Source: a virus
Taxonomy: Duplodnaviria; Caudoviricetes
IMG/VR virus record: IMGVR_UViG_3300032237_000716
Span: 1 to 42,564 of that record
DNA: 42,564 nucleotides
Reading direction: 5' to 3' (one strand)
Shown: positions 33,316 to 42,564 of the stretch, piece after piece
Layout: every line of letters starts with the position of its first letter
Numbering within the stretch: the first letter of the stretch is position 1
Made by a program: the position numbers and the translations under genes
Notes under the pieces: model-generated
Database searches by the model: none
Told to the model about the DNA's origin: nothing
Seen by the model: only the letters and a program-made list of their open reading frames with translations

Positions 33316-36300
33316 GTGCCGCAGCCTCCTTCGTTGAGTTTCTGTTGCAGGCCATCGATCTGGGTCTTGGTGCCCTCGATCTGGCGCTGCTGTTCTGGCA
33401 GCGGCAACCGGGGGCTTCCTGCGGCGAAGTCCTGCACCGGCACCACCACGGTTTCACCCGAAGTATCCCGCGTAACAGCCTTCACCGCCGCCTTCACGGT
33501 TTTGCCGTGGGCAGCCACCTGGCCGGGGTCGAACCCGGCGGCAACCAGGGCATCGCGGAACTTGGCGGCCGTTTTAGATTCTCCCTTGGTCTTCTCGTTC
33601 GCCAGCACGTAGGCGGCGCGGTCCAAATCGGACTCAAACCGCAGGGTGTTCCGGCCGTACCGGGGGGAGGCCCTGGCCAGATCGGGGGGCAGGCTGAACA
33701 CTGGGGCCCCGGAAGCCTCGGCCAGAGTTTTAAGGCCCTGGCGCATGTTGCCGATGGTCTCACCGGCGCGACGGTAGAGCCGAGCGTCGGACTCGGCCAT
33801 CTTGCGCGCCTGCTGCTCGAAGATGTCGGCGATCGAGCCAGTCGGCTCAGGGGGTAGGACCTCGGGGGTGACGGAGCCCGCAACGCGAGGCCCCGGCACG
33901 ACCTTATTGGGCCCTTGCAGCATGTCCTGATCTACCAGGCCGGCAGCCTCGTTCAGGGCTTTCTGGCCTTCCCTGGCCAGCCTGCGGCCCCGGTCTCCCA
34001 TGTCGGCCAGGATTCCATCGATCTTTGCAAAAATCTCATCTGCGCTTTCGGTTTCCACCCAGTCGGCCCCCAGCCCCTGCTCCTTCTTCTCCTGCAGCGA
34101 GAGGAGGTCGTAGCCCTCGGCTTCCCGCGCTGCCTTTTCCGCCGCCCAGGCAATCTCGGCATCCTGCCGGGCGTGCTCCGCTGCCAGTCGCAGTTCGTCC
34201 GCGGCGGCCTGCCGGGTGGCGGGCATGTTCGGCAGCTGCTCCTCCAGCGGCAGCGTCGGGTCCATGGCGGCCAGCTCCCGCTGCACCGCGCCAATGTCTG
34301 CCGATGGGGCCGCGGGAAGCTCCAGCGGCTGCATTTCGGTGGGCCGCACCTCGCCATTGGCGATCGCCCGCTGGATGGCGTGGGCCTCCAGCGCTGCCCG
34401 ATCGGGTTCGGGGATCGGCGCCGGCGGCGGAGGGGGTGGCGCCAGCTCCTGCTGGGTGGCCTTCATGCCGCTGTTGACCAGCTCCCGCTCGATGCTGTCG
34501 CCAATCTCCCGCTGGATCTGCTTGGCCACGATCGAAGCGTTCTCGCCCTGCGCGATCCGCTCGGCCCCCTTGCTCAGCAGCTCCCCTACGGGGCCGGCCT
34601 GGTTTTTGAGGGTGTCGAACAGGCCCAGGGCCTGCTGGGCATCGGCCACCCGTTGGCCGGCGGCGGCCGTGTCGATCGTGGTGGTGCCGGCCTCGCTGAG
34701 GGTGTCGGCATTCCGGGTCATAAATCCAAACAGGCGCCGGTCCTTGGCCAGGCCTGCTCGAACATCGGCGACCAGCTCGGCCCGCTGCAGCATCGGCTTC
34801 AGGGTTTCTTCCCCAAAAAGAACCGTTTGGTCGCTATCAGCAGCCTTCACGGTTGGCATGCTGTCCGCCAAATCCAGCACCTCGCGGAAGGTGCTCAGGT
34901 GCATCTTCGGCCGCTGCTTCAGCACCTGGTAGGCGCCGCGCATTCCCGGCTCGTCCAGGCCCGATTCACCCAGGGCCACGTACCAGCTAAACAGCGGCTC
35001 GTTGTTAACCGCCTCCTGGAAGATGTCCGGCGGCAACTTGCTCAAGGCCAGGCCCTGCCGCCCGAAGCCTCGATCAAGGGCAATCCCAGCTGCCTGCAGC
35101 TGCGCCTTGTCGGTCATGCCGGTGCCCTTGATGAACTTGGCCGCATCGAAGGGTGTGCCGTTGCCCTGGGAGATGTTGGAGATGGCCCCGGCAGACCGGG
35201 CCCCTGGGACGGTGGTGGCATTCACCTCCTTCACGGGCACCGTTGGGATGTCAAGCCGGGCGGCCAGCGCTCGCCGGCCATGCCCCTCGACCACCTTTGT
35301 GATCCCATCGCGAGGGTCCGGGAACACTTCCAGCACCCCCTCGGCGTTGGGATCCCACTTCCGCACGTCCCGCAGGTGGCTGGCGATCTGGACGCCTTTC
35401 GCGTCGGTGCCTTCCTTGTACTGAAACTCATGCGGCGCTGCGATCAGATCCGCAACACGCATCACGCGAACGTCGCCGCTGAGTCGATTCGGCAGGATCG
35501 TGGTCCCTTCCGCCGACAAGGCCTTGATCCCGTTGATCACGTCCTCGCGGTCAAAGGGCCATGCCTTGCCGGTGGCGTCACTGATCAGCTGCGACAGCCT
35601 CGGGCTTGCCTCCGGGTGCGACAGCTCCGTGAGGGTGGTGTGGTTGATCTTGTCGAGCAGTTCGGACCACGGCTGAAGATCGCCGACGCCGTTCAGGTAA
35701 ATCTCGCTGAGTGAGTTGGTGGGTACGCCGGCCCAGGCCTCACTGATCTCCGGCCGTGGTTGCGGCGCCGGCCGGGAGGCGATCACCTCCTCGATGTGCT
35801 GGAGCACCGGGCCACCATCGGCGCCGACGACGGCCACCGCCTGGAGCTCGGCAGGATCCAGCTGGCTGACCAGCTTCTGCACGTCCGCCACCTCTGGCAG
35901 GGCCGGGTCGTAGGCCGACGGATCGAGTGGTGCGGCTGCTTCGGTAATCGCCGGGGCTGGCGCGGGAGGCTCTGCTTGTGCGGCGGCTTTGGCGGCCAGC
36001 TGCTGCTGCACCGGGCTGTTGGGGTCAGGGCCCATGCCCCATGGGTCAGCAAGGCCTTCGCCGCGCAACTCGTCCAGTGGCGGCAAGGGTTGCCGGGGCG
36101 GCATGTCGGGGCCGCCGCCTGATGGGGTGGTCGGCACCAGTGCGTTGGAGGCATTGCGCCGCAGCCATTCCTGATAGGACGCCTCATCAGTGCGCGGCCT
36201 TTCTCTCCATGGCTGACTGGGCCCGGTGGAGCTGATGGTCGGTGACTGGCTGCCGTCACCGGTGAACGAATCTCTCCATGGCTGACTGGGCCCGGTGGAC

Positions 36301-37487
36301 CTGATGGTCGTTGGGGCAAAGCCTTGGTCGGCCGTTGACGGTGGCGCCGTTGCCGCTGGGGCCTCTGCGGGGGTGACACTTGGTTGCTGCTGCGCACCAC
36401 GGCCCCAGCGGGCCAGCACCGCATCGCGGGCTTGATTGGGAGTCTGCGGGATCTGGACCGGCGCCGGCTTCTGCAATGCCTGCTCGGTGAAGCGCTGCGG
36501 CCCCTCGATGTCCTCCACCAGGCCCCGGGCCTTCAGCTTTTCCCCGGCTGAGACGTGAGCGGTGTTGGCTCCGGCCGCCCGCTGGAATCGGCGGATATTG
36601 CCGAAGCCTTTGCCCACGGCCCTGGCGCCAGCCGATCCAGCCAGGCCCATCAGCTCGCCGCCGATGATGTTGGGCAGAAGGCTCTTGACGGCCGCCGTCA
36701 CCCGGTCATCCTTCGCCGGGTCCACCGCCAGCGGCACGCCGTCGATGCCGGTGAGGGCCCCCACCATGTTGCTCATGTTGCCCTGGGTGGAGTCCTGCAG
36801 CAGGGCCCCCAGGCCATGCGTCACGCCCAGCGCAGTGCCCCACCGCAGCCCCCTGGCGGCCCAGCTCGCGCCCTTGACGCCAGCGGCGAGGCCGTGGCCG
36901 ACAGCTCCACCGATTGGCAGGGTGCCGAGCTCGATGCCAGCCATGCGGCCCTGGTTGTCGATCACTCCGCGCTGCCCTTCGGTCAGGTCCTCCGGCTGCT
37001 TGGCCCCCAGTGCCTTGTAGCCGGCCCTGGTGAAGGCATTCAGCGCCTGCCCGGGGGGGGAGCGGCGAGCATCCGCGTACTTGCCAGGTGCCAGGATCTT
37101 CTGGCCCAGGGAGATCACACCCTCCCCTGCCGTCTGGATGGCGCCGTAAGTGCCTGCCGCCTGCAGTTGACGCACCACGGGCGAGACCGCGCCGGCTGCG
37201 GTTATCAGGCGGGCAATGGGGTTTGCATTTCCGATTCCAGCCAGCCACGGGTTCCGCTGGACCGTCCCCGGCTTTTGCGTCCCCTGGAGACTGAGCACCT
37301 GTTTCCCCGCCCACCGCAGCTCGTTGGCCACCGCATGCGCCGGGTTCCCCCACCATGGCGTTGGAGCCTTCTTGGCCGGGGCCTTCGGCTTGGGGCCGGG
37401 GGTAGGTGGCGGCGGGGCGTGATCTTGCGAGTGGTCGTCGCCGACCAGTTGCCAGCGGCCATTCTTCTGGACGAGTGTTTGTGGCAT
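33312..37487 (-). CDS. Large internal virion protein with a ParB/Srx-like domain
   Basis: 1391 aa; Gly/Ala-rich N-part; FQYK...WDP....VVEGHGR..LA.RL at about 35115-35475. Confidence 0.75.
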   Translation of the reverse strand: MPQTLVQKNGRWQLVGDDHSQDHAPPPPTPGPKPKAPAKKAPTPWWGNPAHAVANELRWAGKQVLSLQGTQKPGTVQRNPWLAGIGNANPIARLITAAGAVSPVVRQLQAAGTYGAIQTAGEGVISLGQKILAPGKYADARRSPPGQALNAFTRAGYKALGAKQPEDLTEGQRGVIDNQGRMAGIELGTLPIGGAVGHGLAAGVKGASWAARGLRWGTALGVTHGLGALLQDSTQGNMSNMVGALTGIDGVPLAVDPAKDDRVTAAVKSLLPNIIGGELMGLAGSAGARAVGKGFGNIRRFQRAAGANTAHVSAGEKLKARGLVEDIEGPQRFTEQALQKPAPVQIPQTPNQARDAVLARWGRGAQQQPSVTPAEAPAATAPPSTADQGFAPTTIRSTGPSQPWRDSFTGDGSQSPTISSTGPSQPWRERPRTDEASYQEWLRRNASNALVPTTPSGGGPDMPPRQPLPPLDELRGEGLADPWGMGPDPNSPVQQQLAAKAAAQAEPPAPAPAITEAAAPLDPSAYDPALPEVADVQKLVSQLDPAELQAVAVVGADGGPVLQHIEEVIASRPAPQPRPEISEAWAGVPTNSLSEIYLNGVGDLQPWSELLDKINHTTLTELSHPEASPRLSQLISDATGKAWPFDREDVINGIKALSAEGTTILPNRLSGDVRVMRVADLIAAPHEFQYKEGTDAKGVQIASHLRDVRKWDPNAEGVLEVFPDPRDGITKVVEGHGRRALAARLDIPTVPVKEVNATTVPGARSAGAISNISQGNGTPFDAAKFIKGTGMTDKAQLQAAGIALDRGFGRQGLALSKLPPDIFQEAVNNEPLFSWYVALGESGLDEPGMRGAYQVLKQRPKMHLSTFREVLDLADSMPTVKAADSDQTVLFGEETLKPMLQRAELVADVRAGLAKDRRLFGFMTRNADTLSEAGTTTIDTAAAGQRVADAQQALGLFDTLKNQAGPVGELLSKGAERIAQGENASIVAKQIQREIGDSIERELVNSGMKATQQELAPPPPPPAPIPEPDRAALEAHAIQRAIANGEVRPTEMQPLELPAAPSADIGAVQRELAAMDPTLPLEEQLPNMPATRQAAADELRLAAEHARQDAEIAWAAEKAAREAEGYDLLSLQEKKEQGLGADWVETESADEIFAKIDGILADMGDRGRRLAREGQKALNEAAGLVDQDMLQGPNKVVPGPRVAGSVTPEVLPPEPTGSIADIFEQQARKMAESDARLYRRAGETIGNMRQGLKTLAEASGAPVFSLPPDLARASPRYGRNTLRFESDLDRAAYVLANEKTKGESKTAAKFRDALVAAGFDPGQVAAHGKTVKAAVKAVTRDTSGETVVVPVQDFAAGSPRLPLPEQQRQIEGTKTQIDGLQQKLNEGGCGT

Positions 37488-40400
37488 CAGGGCCTTCCGT
37501 TTTGGTTGGGATCAATGCGGATTCGGACGTCGCCAACGCCGCGGGCGGTGGAGCCATAGAGGCGGCTGAACGCCACGGGGGACAGGTCGATCACGCGATC
37601 CGCCGGCCGGGTCTTCGAGCCGCCCATTTGCCCGGTGTCGTTAGCCCACACCCGGATCTTTTTGCCGGTGGCTGCGTCTTCGACGATCAGCCACTTGTTC
37701 ATGTGGGAGCCCTTAAGGCTCCACTGGACCGCTGCCGTCATCTGATTGCCCGTGAACACCTCGCCGTTGGCGGTTCTGCCCCCCAGCGATCCGTCGCTGC
37801 CGCCGCTGCCGGTGTAGAAAGTCGCCCTGCCGGCGAGGGGCGGCCCCTTCCCGTCACCGCCGCCGCCACCACCACGGAACTCGACGTGGCCGCCGTGGGA
37901 GCCGGGGTAGTCGTTGACCACCCAGCCGTAGCGGGCCCCGTTCTTGCGGATCCAGGCGATCGAGCTGCCGTGAATGTCCATCGCGTTGCCCCCCAGGTGC
38001 TGGCTGCCTTCAACGCCGCCCACGGCAGCGTTCTTGGCGCGACTGCGCTGGGAGCTGGCGATATCGCTCGCCTTCACCTGGCCACCCGAATCCCGCACCA
38101 TTGCGGCAAACGCATTAGCCCCCTGCCGACTGAACACAGCAGGGCGGCCAGCCGAGTCCCTCATCCCAGGGATGGTGTAGCCCTGCCCCGTGTCGCCTGA
38201 GCTGCCAAGAACTGCGGGACCGCTGTCCCAGCGACTGGGAGACGGGTCACCCATAAAAGGGGCTCCGCGATCCCAGCCGCCTCCGCCACCACGGGCACGC
38301 ATCGAGATCGTGAATTGGCCAGGCGCCGCGCTGCGGGCACCGAACCTTGGCCACTCGGCGGCCGATGCCGGCATTGCCCCCGTGGCGGCATCCAGGGCCC
38401 AGCGGCCGAAGCTGCCCAGCGCTGACTGTCCCTGCGATGCCATCGACACCAGGTAGCGCTGTGGCGTCGTGACGGCGCTGCTCTGATCGTTCAGGCGCTT
38501 CATCGCTTCCGCCGGCACGTTGATCCCGTAGCGGGCCCCCTGGACCCGCAGGAACTCGGCCGGCGATGGCGCCAGCGCATCCATGGCGGCGCGCCTCAGC
38601 TGAGGGGAGAACCCGCCACCATTCGCGGCGTTCACCAGCTCTTTTCCGACTGCCTCCTTGCTCAGAATCGACTCGTTCTGGTAGTTGCGGAGCCGCTGCT
38701 GCCGGTTGGGCATCGCATCGAGCTGTTTGGTGTCGAAGGTCGGAGGCGCGGGAGGCCCCGCCGGTTTGCCGCTGGGCTTGGGGGCATTCGGATCCGGCGC
38801 CATGGCATTGAGCCCCGGCAGCGAGGGGGCGCCGGAGACGCGCCCGCCGGGGAACAGCAGATTGAACGCCGCCTGGTTCTTGGCCGCAAAGTCTGCGGCG
38901 GCACGGCTCGCCACTTCGTAGGTCTCCCCACGGTCCAATGGTGCCCCCTTCTTTGCGGCGGCAGCGGCGACAGCGCTGTTCACCGCTGGGTACATGGCCG
39001 CGTTGAACCGCCTGACCGACTCGGCCAGGTTGGCGGCCCGCTCGGTCTTGGCGTTCATGCTGCCGGCCCGCTGGAGCTCCTTGTAGTCGGCGCCGTAGTT
39101 GGCGGCCAGCGCTGCGTGCTTGGCGGCTTCCACCGCCCGGTTCACCTCGGCAGGTTCAAGGGTGGCGGACTTGCCATCCTTGGAGCGGATGATTGATTCG
39201 AGCTTGGAAGCCACCTCTCCAAACTTCGCCGGATTGATCTGCCCACGCAACGCCGCCAGATCCCGCCGCAGCGCCGCCGGATCAAAGTTATCCCCCCAGG
39301 CATCGCGGGCCCTGGCCAGCACCTCTTCGCCGGCATCCGGGGCATAGCTCTTGCCCTTGATCTCGATCTGAAGGCCCAGCTGATCGTTGATCGCCTTCAG
39401 CAGTGGCGCCACGGGAGCGTTGGGGTTCTGCTGCCGGAACCGCGCCAGGAGCTGATTGGAACGCTCGACCATCGCGGCCTGATCGAGGGGGCCCTCATTC
39501 CCGGGCTGATAGATGCCTGCCACCGCCGGCAGTTTCCCGGCAGCCGGGGCGCCATTGATCAGCATGTCCGAGAAGTTTGCGACCCCCTGCTCCTCGTCGC
39601 GCTTCTGCACCGCCCAGCCGTATTTCATCTCGGTGTCGGCGGCCGTCTCCGGGAACATCTGCGCCAGCGTTTGCTGCACCGGCCGCTTGGCCACCGGATC
39701 CCAATAGGTGGGGCCCGCCTTGATGCGATCGACAATGTTCTTGAACACCGGATCCTGCCCGTAGGCCGCCTCGGTGCGCAGTGCCTTGTAAACCGTTTCG
39801 GCCAGCTTCAGTGGCTGCCCGCCGTTCCCCATCAGGCCAGAGTGGTAAGCCAGGATTTTGCTGGCCTGGGTCATCACTTCGGCCTGCGCGTCCTGGTTGA
39901 AGGTGGGGCTCTTCCGATCGAGCATCACCCCAGAGCTGCCGATCGTGACCTGGGCGGCCCCGCTCAGCGCCTGCCGCTGCACATCCATGATCAGGCTGCG
40001 GATCTGCCCCCCGGCCACCCCCGGCAAGGTGGCATCCAGATACTTCACCCGGTCCTCGCGGGCCCTGTTGCTGATCTTCTCCTCGGCCGCAGTGATCTTC
40101 GGCAGGGCGTAATTCAGGAAGCCCGGCGATGCGGTGTCGAGCCCGTACTTCTCGGTCAGCTGCTTGATGTAGCCCGCCTTCAGCTGCGCCAGTGCCGCCT
40201 GCCCCTTGTCCGGCGAGAGGAACATGGTCGGCCCCATCTCCTCGTAGGCGCCCAGCATCCCGGCATCAGCCTCGGCGCCGGCCAGCTTTGCGAGGCCCCG
40301 CTGCACCCCCTGCTCCCGATAGGGATTCAGCAGGTTCATCAGGATCCCCCCGCTCGGATCGCGCTTGCTCAGCTCGCGGTTGGCCTTGGCGTAATCGAAG

Positions 40401-40753
40401 CTGCCGGCCTCGTTGGTCGCATCTGCCTGGCTAAGGGCCTTCAGGGCCATGTTCTTTGCGAAGACCTGCGCCTCCCCCTGCTGCGAGGCCCAGCCGGCGG
40501 CCCGCTCGCCCGCGCCCTGGAGCGCGTTGGTGATGTTGGCGTTGAATGGCGCGAGCGCTTGCGCCAGCTCCTGGAACCGGTTGACGCCGCCGTAGCTGGC
40601 CTGGTCTGGGCCTCGAAGCGTGGCGACCCCCTGCAGCTGGGGCATGGACGGCGGGCCCGCAATGGCGCCCGGCTGGACCTGCGCCGGCTGAATGAAGGCC
40701 GCGACCGGCTTGGCTTCCGGGTTGACCTGGCCGAGAGGGAGATTCGTTTCCAT
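37487..40753 (-). CDS. Internal virion protein (gp15-position) with C-terminal M15 peptidase and RlpA/DPBB domains
   Basis: SSQRS...SQHLGGNAMDIH...GARYGW...HVEF, followed by ATFY...TANGE...TAA...NDTG...IDLS. Confidence 0.82.
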   Translation of the reverse strand: METNLPLGQVNPEAKPVAAFIQPAQVQPGAIAGPPSMPQLQGVATLRGPDQASYGGVNRFQELAQALAPFNANITNALQGAGERAAGWASQQGEAQVFAKNMALKALSQADATNEAGSFDYAKANRELSKRDPSGGILMNLLNPYREQGVQRGLAKLAGAEADAGMLGAYEEMGPTMFLSPDKGQAALAQLKAGYIKQLTEKYGLDTASPGFLNYALPKITAAEEKISNRAREDRVKYLDATLPGVAGGQIRSLIMDVQRQALSGAAQVTIGSSGVMLDRKSPTFNQDAQAEVMTQASKILAYHSGLMGNGGQPLKLAETVYKALRTEAAYGQDPVFKNIVDRIKAGPTYWDPVAKRPVQQTLAQMFPETAADTEMKYGWAVQKRDEEQGVANFSDMLINGAPAAGKLPAVAGIYQPGNEGPLDQAAMVERSNQLLARFRQQNPNAPVAPLLKAINDQLGLQIEIKGKSYAPDAGEEVLARARDAWGDNFDPAALRRDLAALRGQINPAKFGEVASKLESIIRSKDGKSATLEPAEVNRAVEAAKHAALAANYGADYKELQRAGSMNAKTERAANLAESVRRFNAAMYPAVNSAVAAAAAKKGAPLDRGETYEVASRAAADFAAKNQAAFNLLFPGGRVSGAPSLPGLNAMAPDPNAPKPSGKPAGPPAPPTFDTKQLDAMPNRQQRLRNYQNESILSKEAVGKELVNAANGGGFSPQLRRAAMDALAPSPAEFLRVQGARYGINVPAEAMKRLNDQSSAVTTPQRYLVSMASQGQSALGSFGRWALDAATGAMPASAAEWPRFGARSAAPGQFTISMRARGGGGGWDRGAPFMGDPSPSRWDSGPAVLGSSGDTGQGYTIPGMRDSAGRPAVFSRQGANAFAAMVRDSGGQVKASDIASSQRSRAKNAAVGGVEGSQHLGGNAMDIHGSSIAWIRKNGARYGWVVNDYPGSHGGHVEFRGGGGGGDGKGPPLAGRATFYTGSGGSDGSLGGRTANGEVFTGNQMTAAVQWSLKGSHMNKWLIVEDAATGKKIRVWANDTGQMGGSKTRPADRVIDLSPVAFSRLYGSTARGVGDVRIRIDPNQNGRP

Positions 40754-41595
40754 CAGCCGATCCCAACGGTGGGGATGGTGCCGCCCTTGGGCTCAGCGGC
40801 CTTCTTGAGCCCTGACGCGCTGGCCATGTAGGTGTTGACCCCGCCCAGCAGGCTTGAGCCGATTCGCAGCGCGGCAGCGCCGCCGCTGGGGCCAGTGCCG
40901 GTCATCGACGGAGCCGCCGGCTGCATCAGTGCAGGCATCGGCGCGAACGGTTCGATCGGCTCGATGTAGGTCGTCGGCGTGTAGAACTGCTGGCTGTTCC
41001 ACTCGCTCAGGTATCGCCCCACCAAAGCGGTCTGCTCCCGGCTGAACTGATTGCGCTGCAGCCGGTCGTTGATCTGCGCGATCGTGTTGTAGTCGCCGGC
41101 TTGCCGGGCGTAGTTGTTGATCAGCCGATCGACGGAAAGGCCCTCGGCGTCCATGGCCTGCACCGAGGCCCTGGCCTGCAGTGTCCGCCAGCCATACTGC
41201 TGCTGCGCGACCGCGGACTGCATGGCCACCTCCTGCAGGCGGTCCGAAGCGGCCTGCGAGTTGCCGAGGAACTCCGCGCCAGCGGCAGCCCGGCTGTCGC
41301 GCACCACGTTGGCCTGGTTGATCTGTTTCGCCAGCTCGAAGCTCTGCAGCTGGTGGACATAGCCCAGCTGCTGCTGGTACTGCACCTGCTGGCCCCAGAA
41401 CTGATACTGAGCATTGGCATCGCTGAAGCGTTGATTTTGATCCGCCTGCCACTGCGCGAACTGATTGGTCGCTTTCTGAAAAACGCTCTGATTCAGGTAG
41501 TCCTGTTTTTCGGCCGCGGCTTTCTGTGACTCCTGGAACAGGTTCAGCGCGGTGCTGACACCAGCAATCCCAAGGCTGAGTGGATAGAGCGGCAT
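40753..41595 (-). CDS. Internal virion protein (T7 gp14-like)
   Basis: 280 aa, Q/A-rich; EGLSVDRL motif; gene position. Confidence 0.75.
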   Translation of the reverse strand: MPLYPLSLGIAGVSTALNLFQESQKAAAEKQDYLNQSVFQKATNQFAQWQADQNQRFSDANAQYQFWGQQVQYQQQLGYVHQLQSFELAKQINQANVVRDSRAAAGAEFLGNSQAASDRLQEVAMQSAVAQQQYGWRTLQARASVQAMDAEGLSVDRLINNYARQAGDYNTIAQINDRLQRNQFSREQTALVGRYLSEWNSQQFYTPTTYIEPIEPFAPMPALMQPAAPSMTGTGPSGGAAALRIGSSLLGGVNTYMASASGLKKAAEPKGGTIPTVGIG

Positions 41596-42047
41596 CAGGG
41601 CACCCTTGCAAACATGCAGAACAGGGCGCAGCTAGGGCCAAACGGAGCCGGAGGGTAGACCGTGAAGCCAAGTGATTTCAGCCACCGAATCGAGCCCATG
41701 TTCTTGGCAAAGACCCAGTTGCTGAGCGAACCATAGCGCCAGAGGCAGCGATTCACCCAGAGCTTTCCCTCCCGGATGAACTGCCGGCGGTTGGCAGCAG
41801 TTGCGAGCAATCCATCCGTGCAAAGCATCCAGATCACGCCGCCCTCGGCGATACCGCACAGCGCCACTGGCACGTCGCCGTCGTCAATCACGGCATGGCA
41901 TTCGCGGTCGAGGCTGGCTTGCCAGCTCTGCCGCGCGGCATCAAGCGGGCCCAGGCGGTCGCTCAGCCACACCTCGCGGCGGTCCGCCTCCCGCAGATTG
42001 TGGCCGATGAACTCCACCACATCGCTGGTCGCGTGGGCCCATCTCAT
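41595..42047 (-). CDS. Internal virion protein A / GNAT-like (T7 gp13-like)
   Basis: NLREADRREV, IWMLCT and NWVFAKNMGSIRWLKSLGF motifs; ATG at 42047. Confidence 0.85.
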   Translation of the reverse strand: MRWAHATSDVVEFIGHNLREADRREVWLSDRLGPLDAARQSWQASLDRECHAVIDDGDVPVALCGIAEGGVIWMLCTDGLLATAANRRQFIREGKLWVNRCLWRYGSLSNWVFAKNMGSIRWLKSLGFTVYPPAPFGPSCALFCMFARVP

Positions 42048-42564
42048 TGCTGCACCGCCCGACCCTTGCCGGTGACCAGCCCGGTCCACTCCAGGGAGGC
42101 GAACTTGCACGGGTGGGCCGTGTCGTTCTCGATCGTGACCGCGTTGTTCTCCCCCCGGCCGAAGATCGGGATGGAGAACACCCCCGCCTGGCCCTGGTCC
42201 ACGCCCTGCAGCAGGCCGATCGTGCTGCCAGGGAAGGGATACACGGCCTCGGTGCGGCTGCCGCTGGGCGTGACTCGCACCTGAAACCAGCCGGTCTCGT
42301 GATACCGCAGCCGCGCCTGCCGGATCTGGGCCCGCAGCGTGTTGCTGGCCACCTGCCCGCCGCCCTGGCTCCGCATCGCCTTGAACCGCGATGGTCGATA
42401 GCGGAAGGTGTAGACCTCGCCGAAGTAGACCTGCGCAGCAGACCAGTCGCCGCGGGCCGTGATCGTGTTGCCACTGCTGGCAGCCCCAAGCAGCACCCCG
42501 CCTTGGTAGCCCGACTGGTAGGCGGACCATGCCTGGGTCGTGGCCCTGATTGTGAACGGCAGCG
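42044..42564 (-). CDS. Tail tubular protein B, 3' part (continuation of 1-2044)
   Basis: In frame across the terminal overlap; ends PCKFASLEWTG. Confidence 0.92.
   Translation of the reverse strand, partial: LPFTIRATTQAWSAYQSGYQGGVLLGAASSGNTITARGDWSAAQVYFGEVYTFRYRPSRFKAMRSQGGGQVASNTLRAQIRQARLRYHETGWFQVRVTPSGSRTEAVYPFPGSTIGLLQGVDQGQAGVFSIPIFGRGENNAVTIENDTAHPCKFASLEWTGLVTGKGRAVQQ

Noticed and set aside
33915-35714. Long plus-strand ORFs (599 aa here; also 13305-14684, 39671-40831, 5704-6753, 10193-11242)
   Set aside because: Antisense shadows of high-GC genes, with no recognisable motifs
42442-42564. Terminal repeat as the physical T7-type direct terminal repeat
   Set aside because: It lies inside the tail tubular B coding sequence and the frame closes perfectly across it, so it is best explained as an assembly overlap

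Overview
The window is an apparently complete circular genome of about 42,441 bp from a temperate T7-like (Autographiviridae-type) podophage. Positions 1-123 are repeated at 42442-42564 as an assembly overlap, and the tail tubular protein B gene reads across the join. The host is probably a high-GC picocyanobacterium (Cyanobium/Synechococcus-like), inferred from a tRNA-Leu(UAA)-type attP, a SigF-like sigma factor and the gene set. Most genes are on the minus strand, in this order: an early region (Rho_N/HeH protein, sigma factor, ArdC, two MarR-like regulators, tyrosine integrase, attP), single-subunit RNA polymerase, SSB, RuvC-like resolvase, a putative initiator/helicase-loader pair, exonuclease, portal, scaffold, capsid, tail tubes, ejection proteins and tail fibres. 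A plus-strand block holds a RepL-like protein, an acidic protein and TerL, and the YkuD-fold lysin is also on the plus strand. No DNA polymerase or primase-helicase is recognisable. The most notable observations are: (1) the RNAP naturally has Phe at the T7 Y639 position, which governs rNTP/dNTP discrimination; (2) a palindromic TVCA-N4-TGBA box lies at about 12 gene starts across the genome; (3) the attP carries the 5' half of the tRNA and lies between int and the RNAP gene, so integration would rewire both; (4) a lambdoid/plasmid-type replication module with 3x39-bp repeats; (5) ejection proteins carrying ParB-like, M15 peptidase and RlpA domains; (6) an in-frame TGA inside an Asp-box repeat block of a fibre-like gene. 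All family assignments come from motif recognition by eye; no database searches were run.
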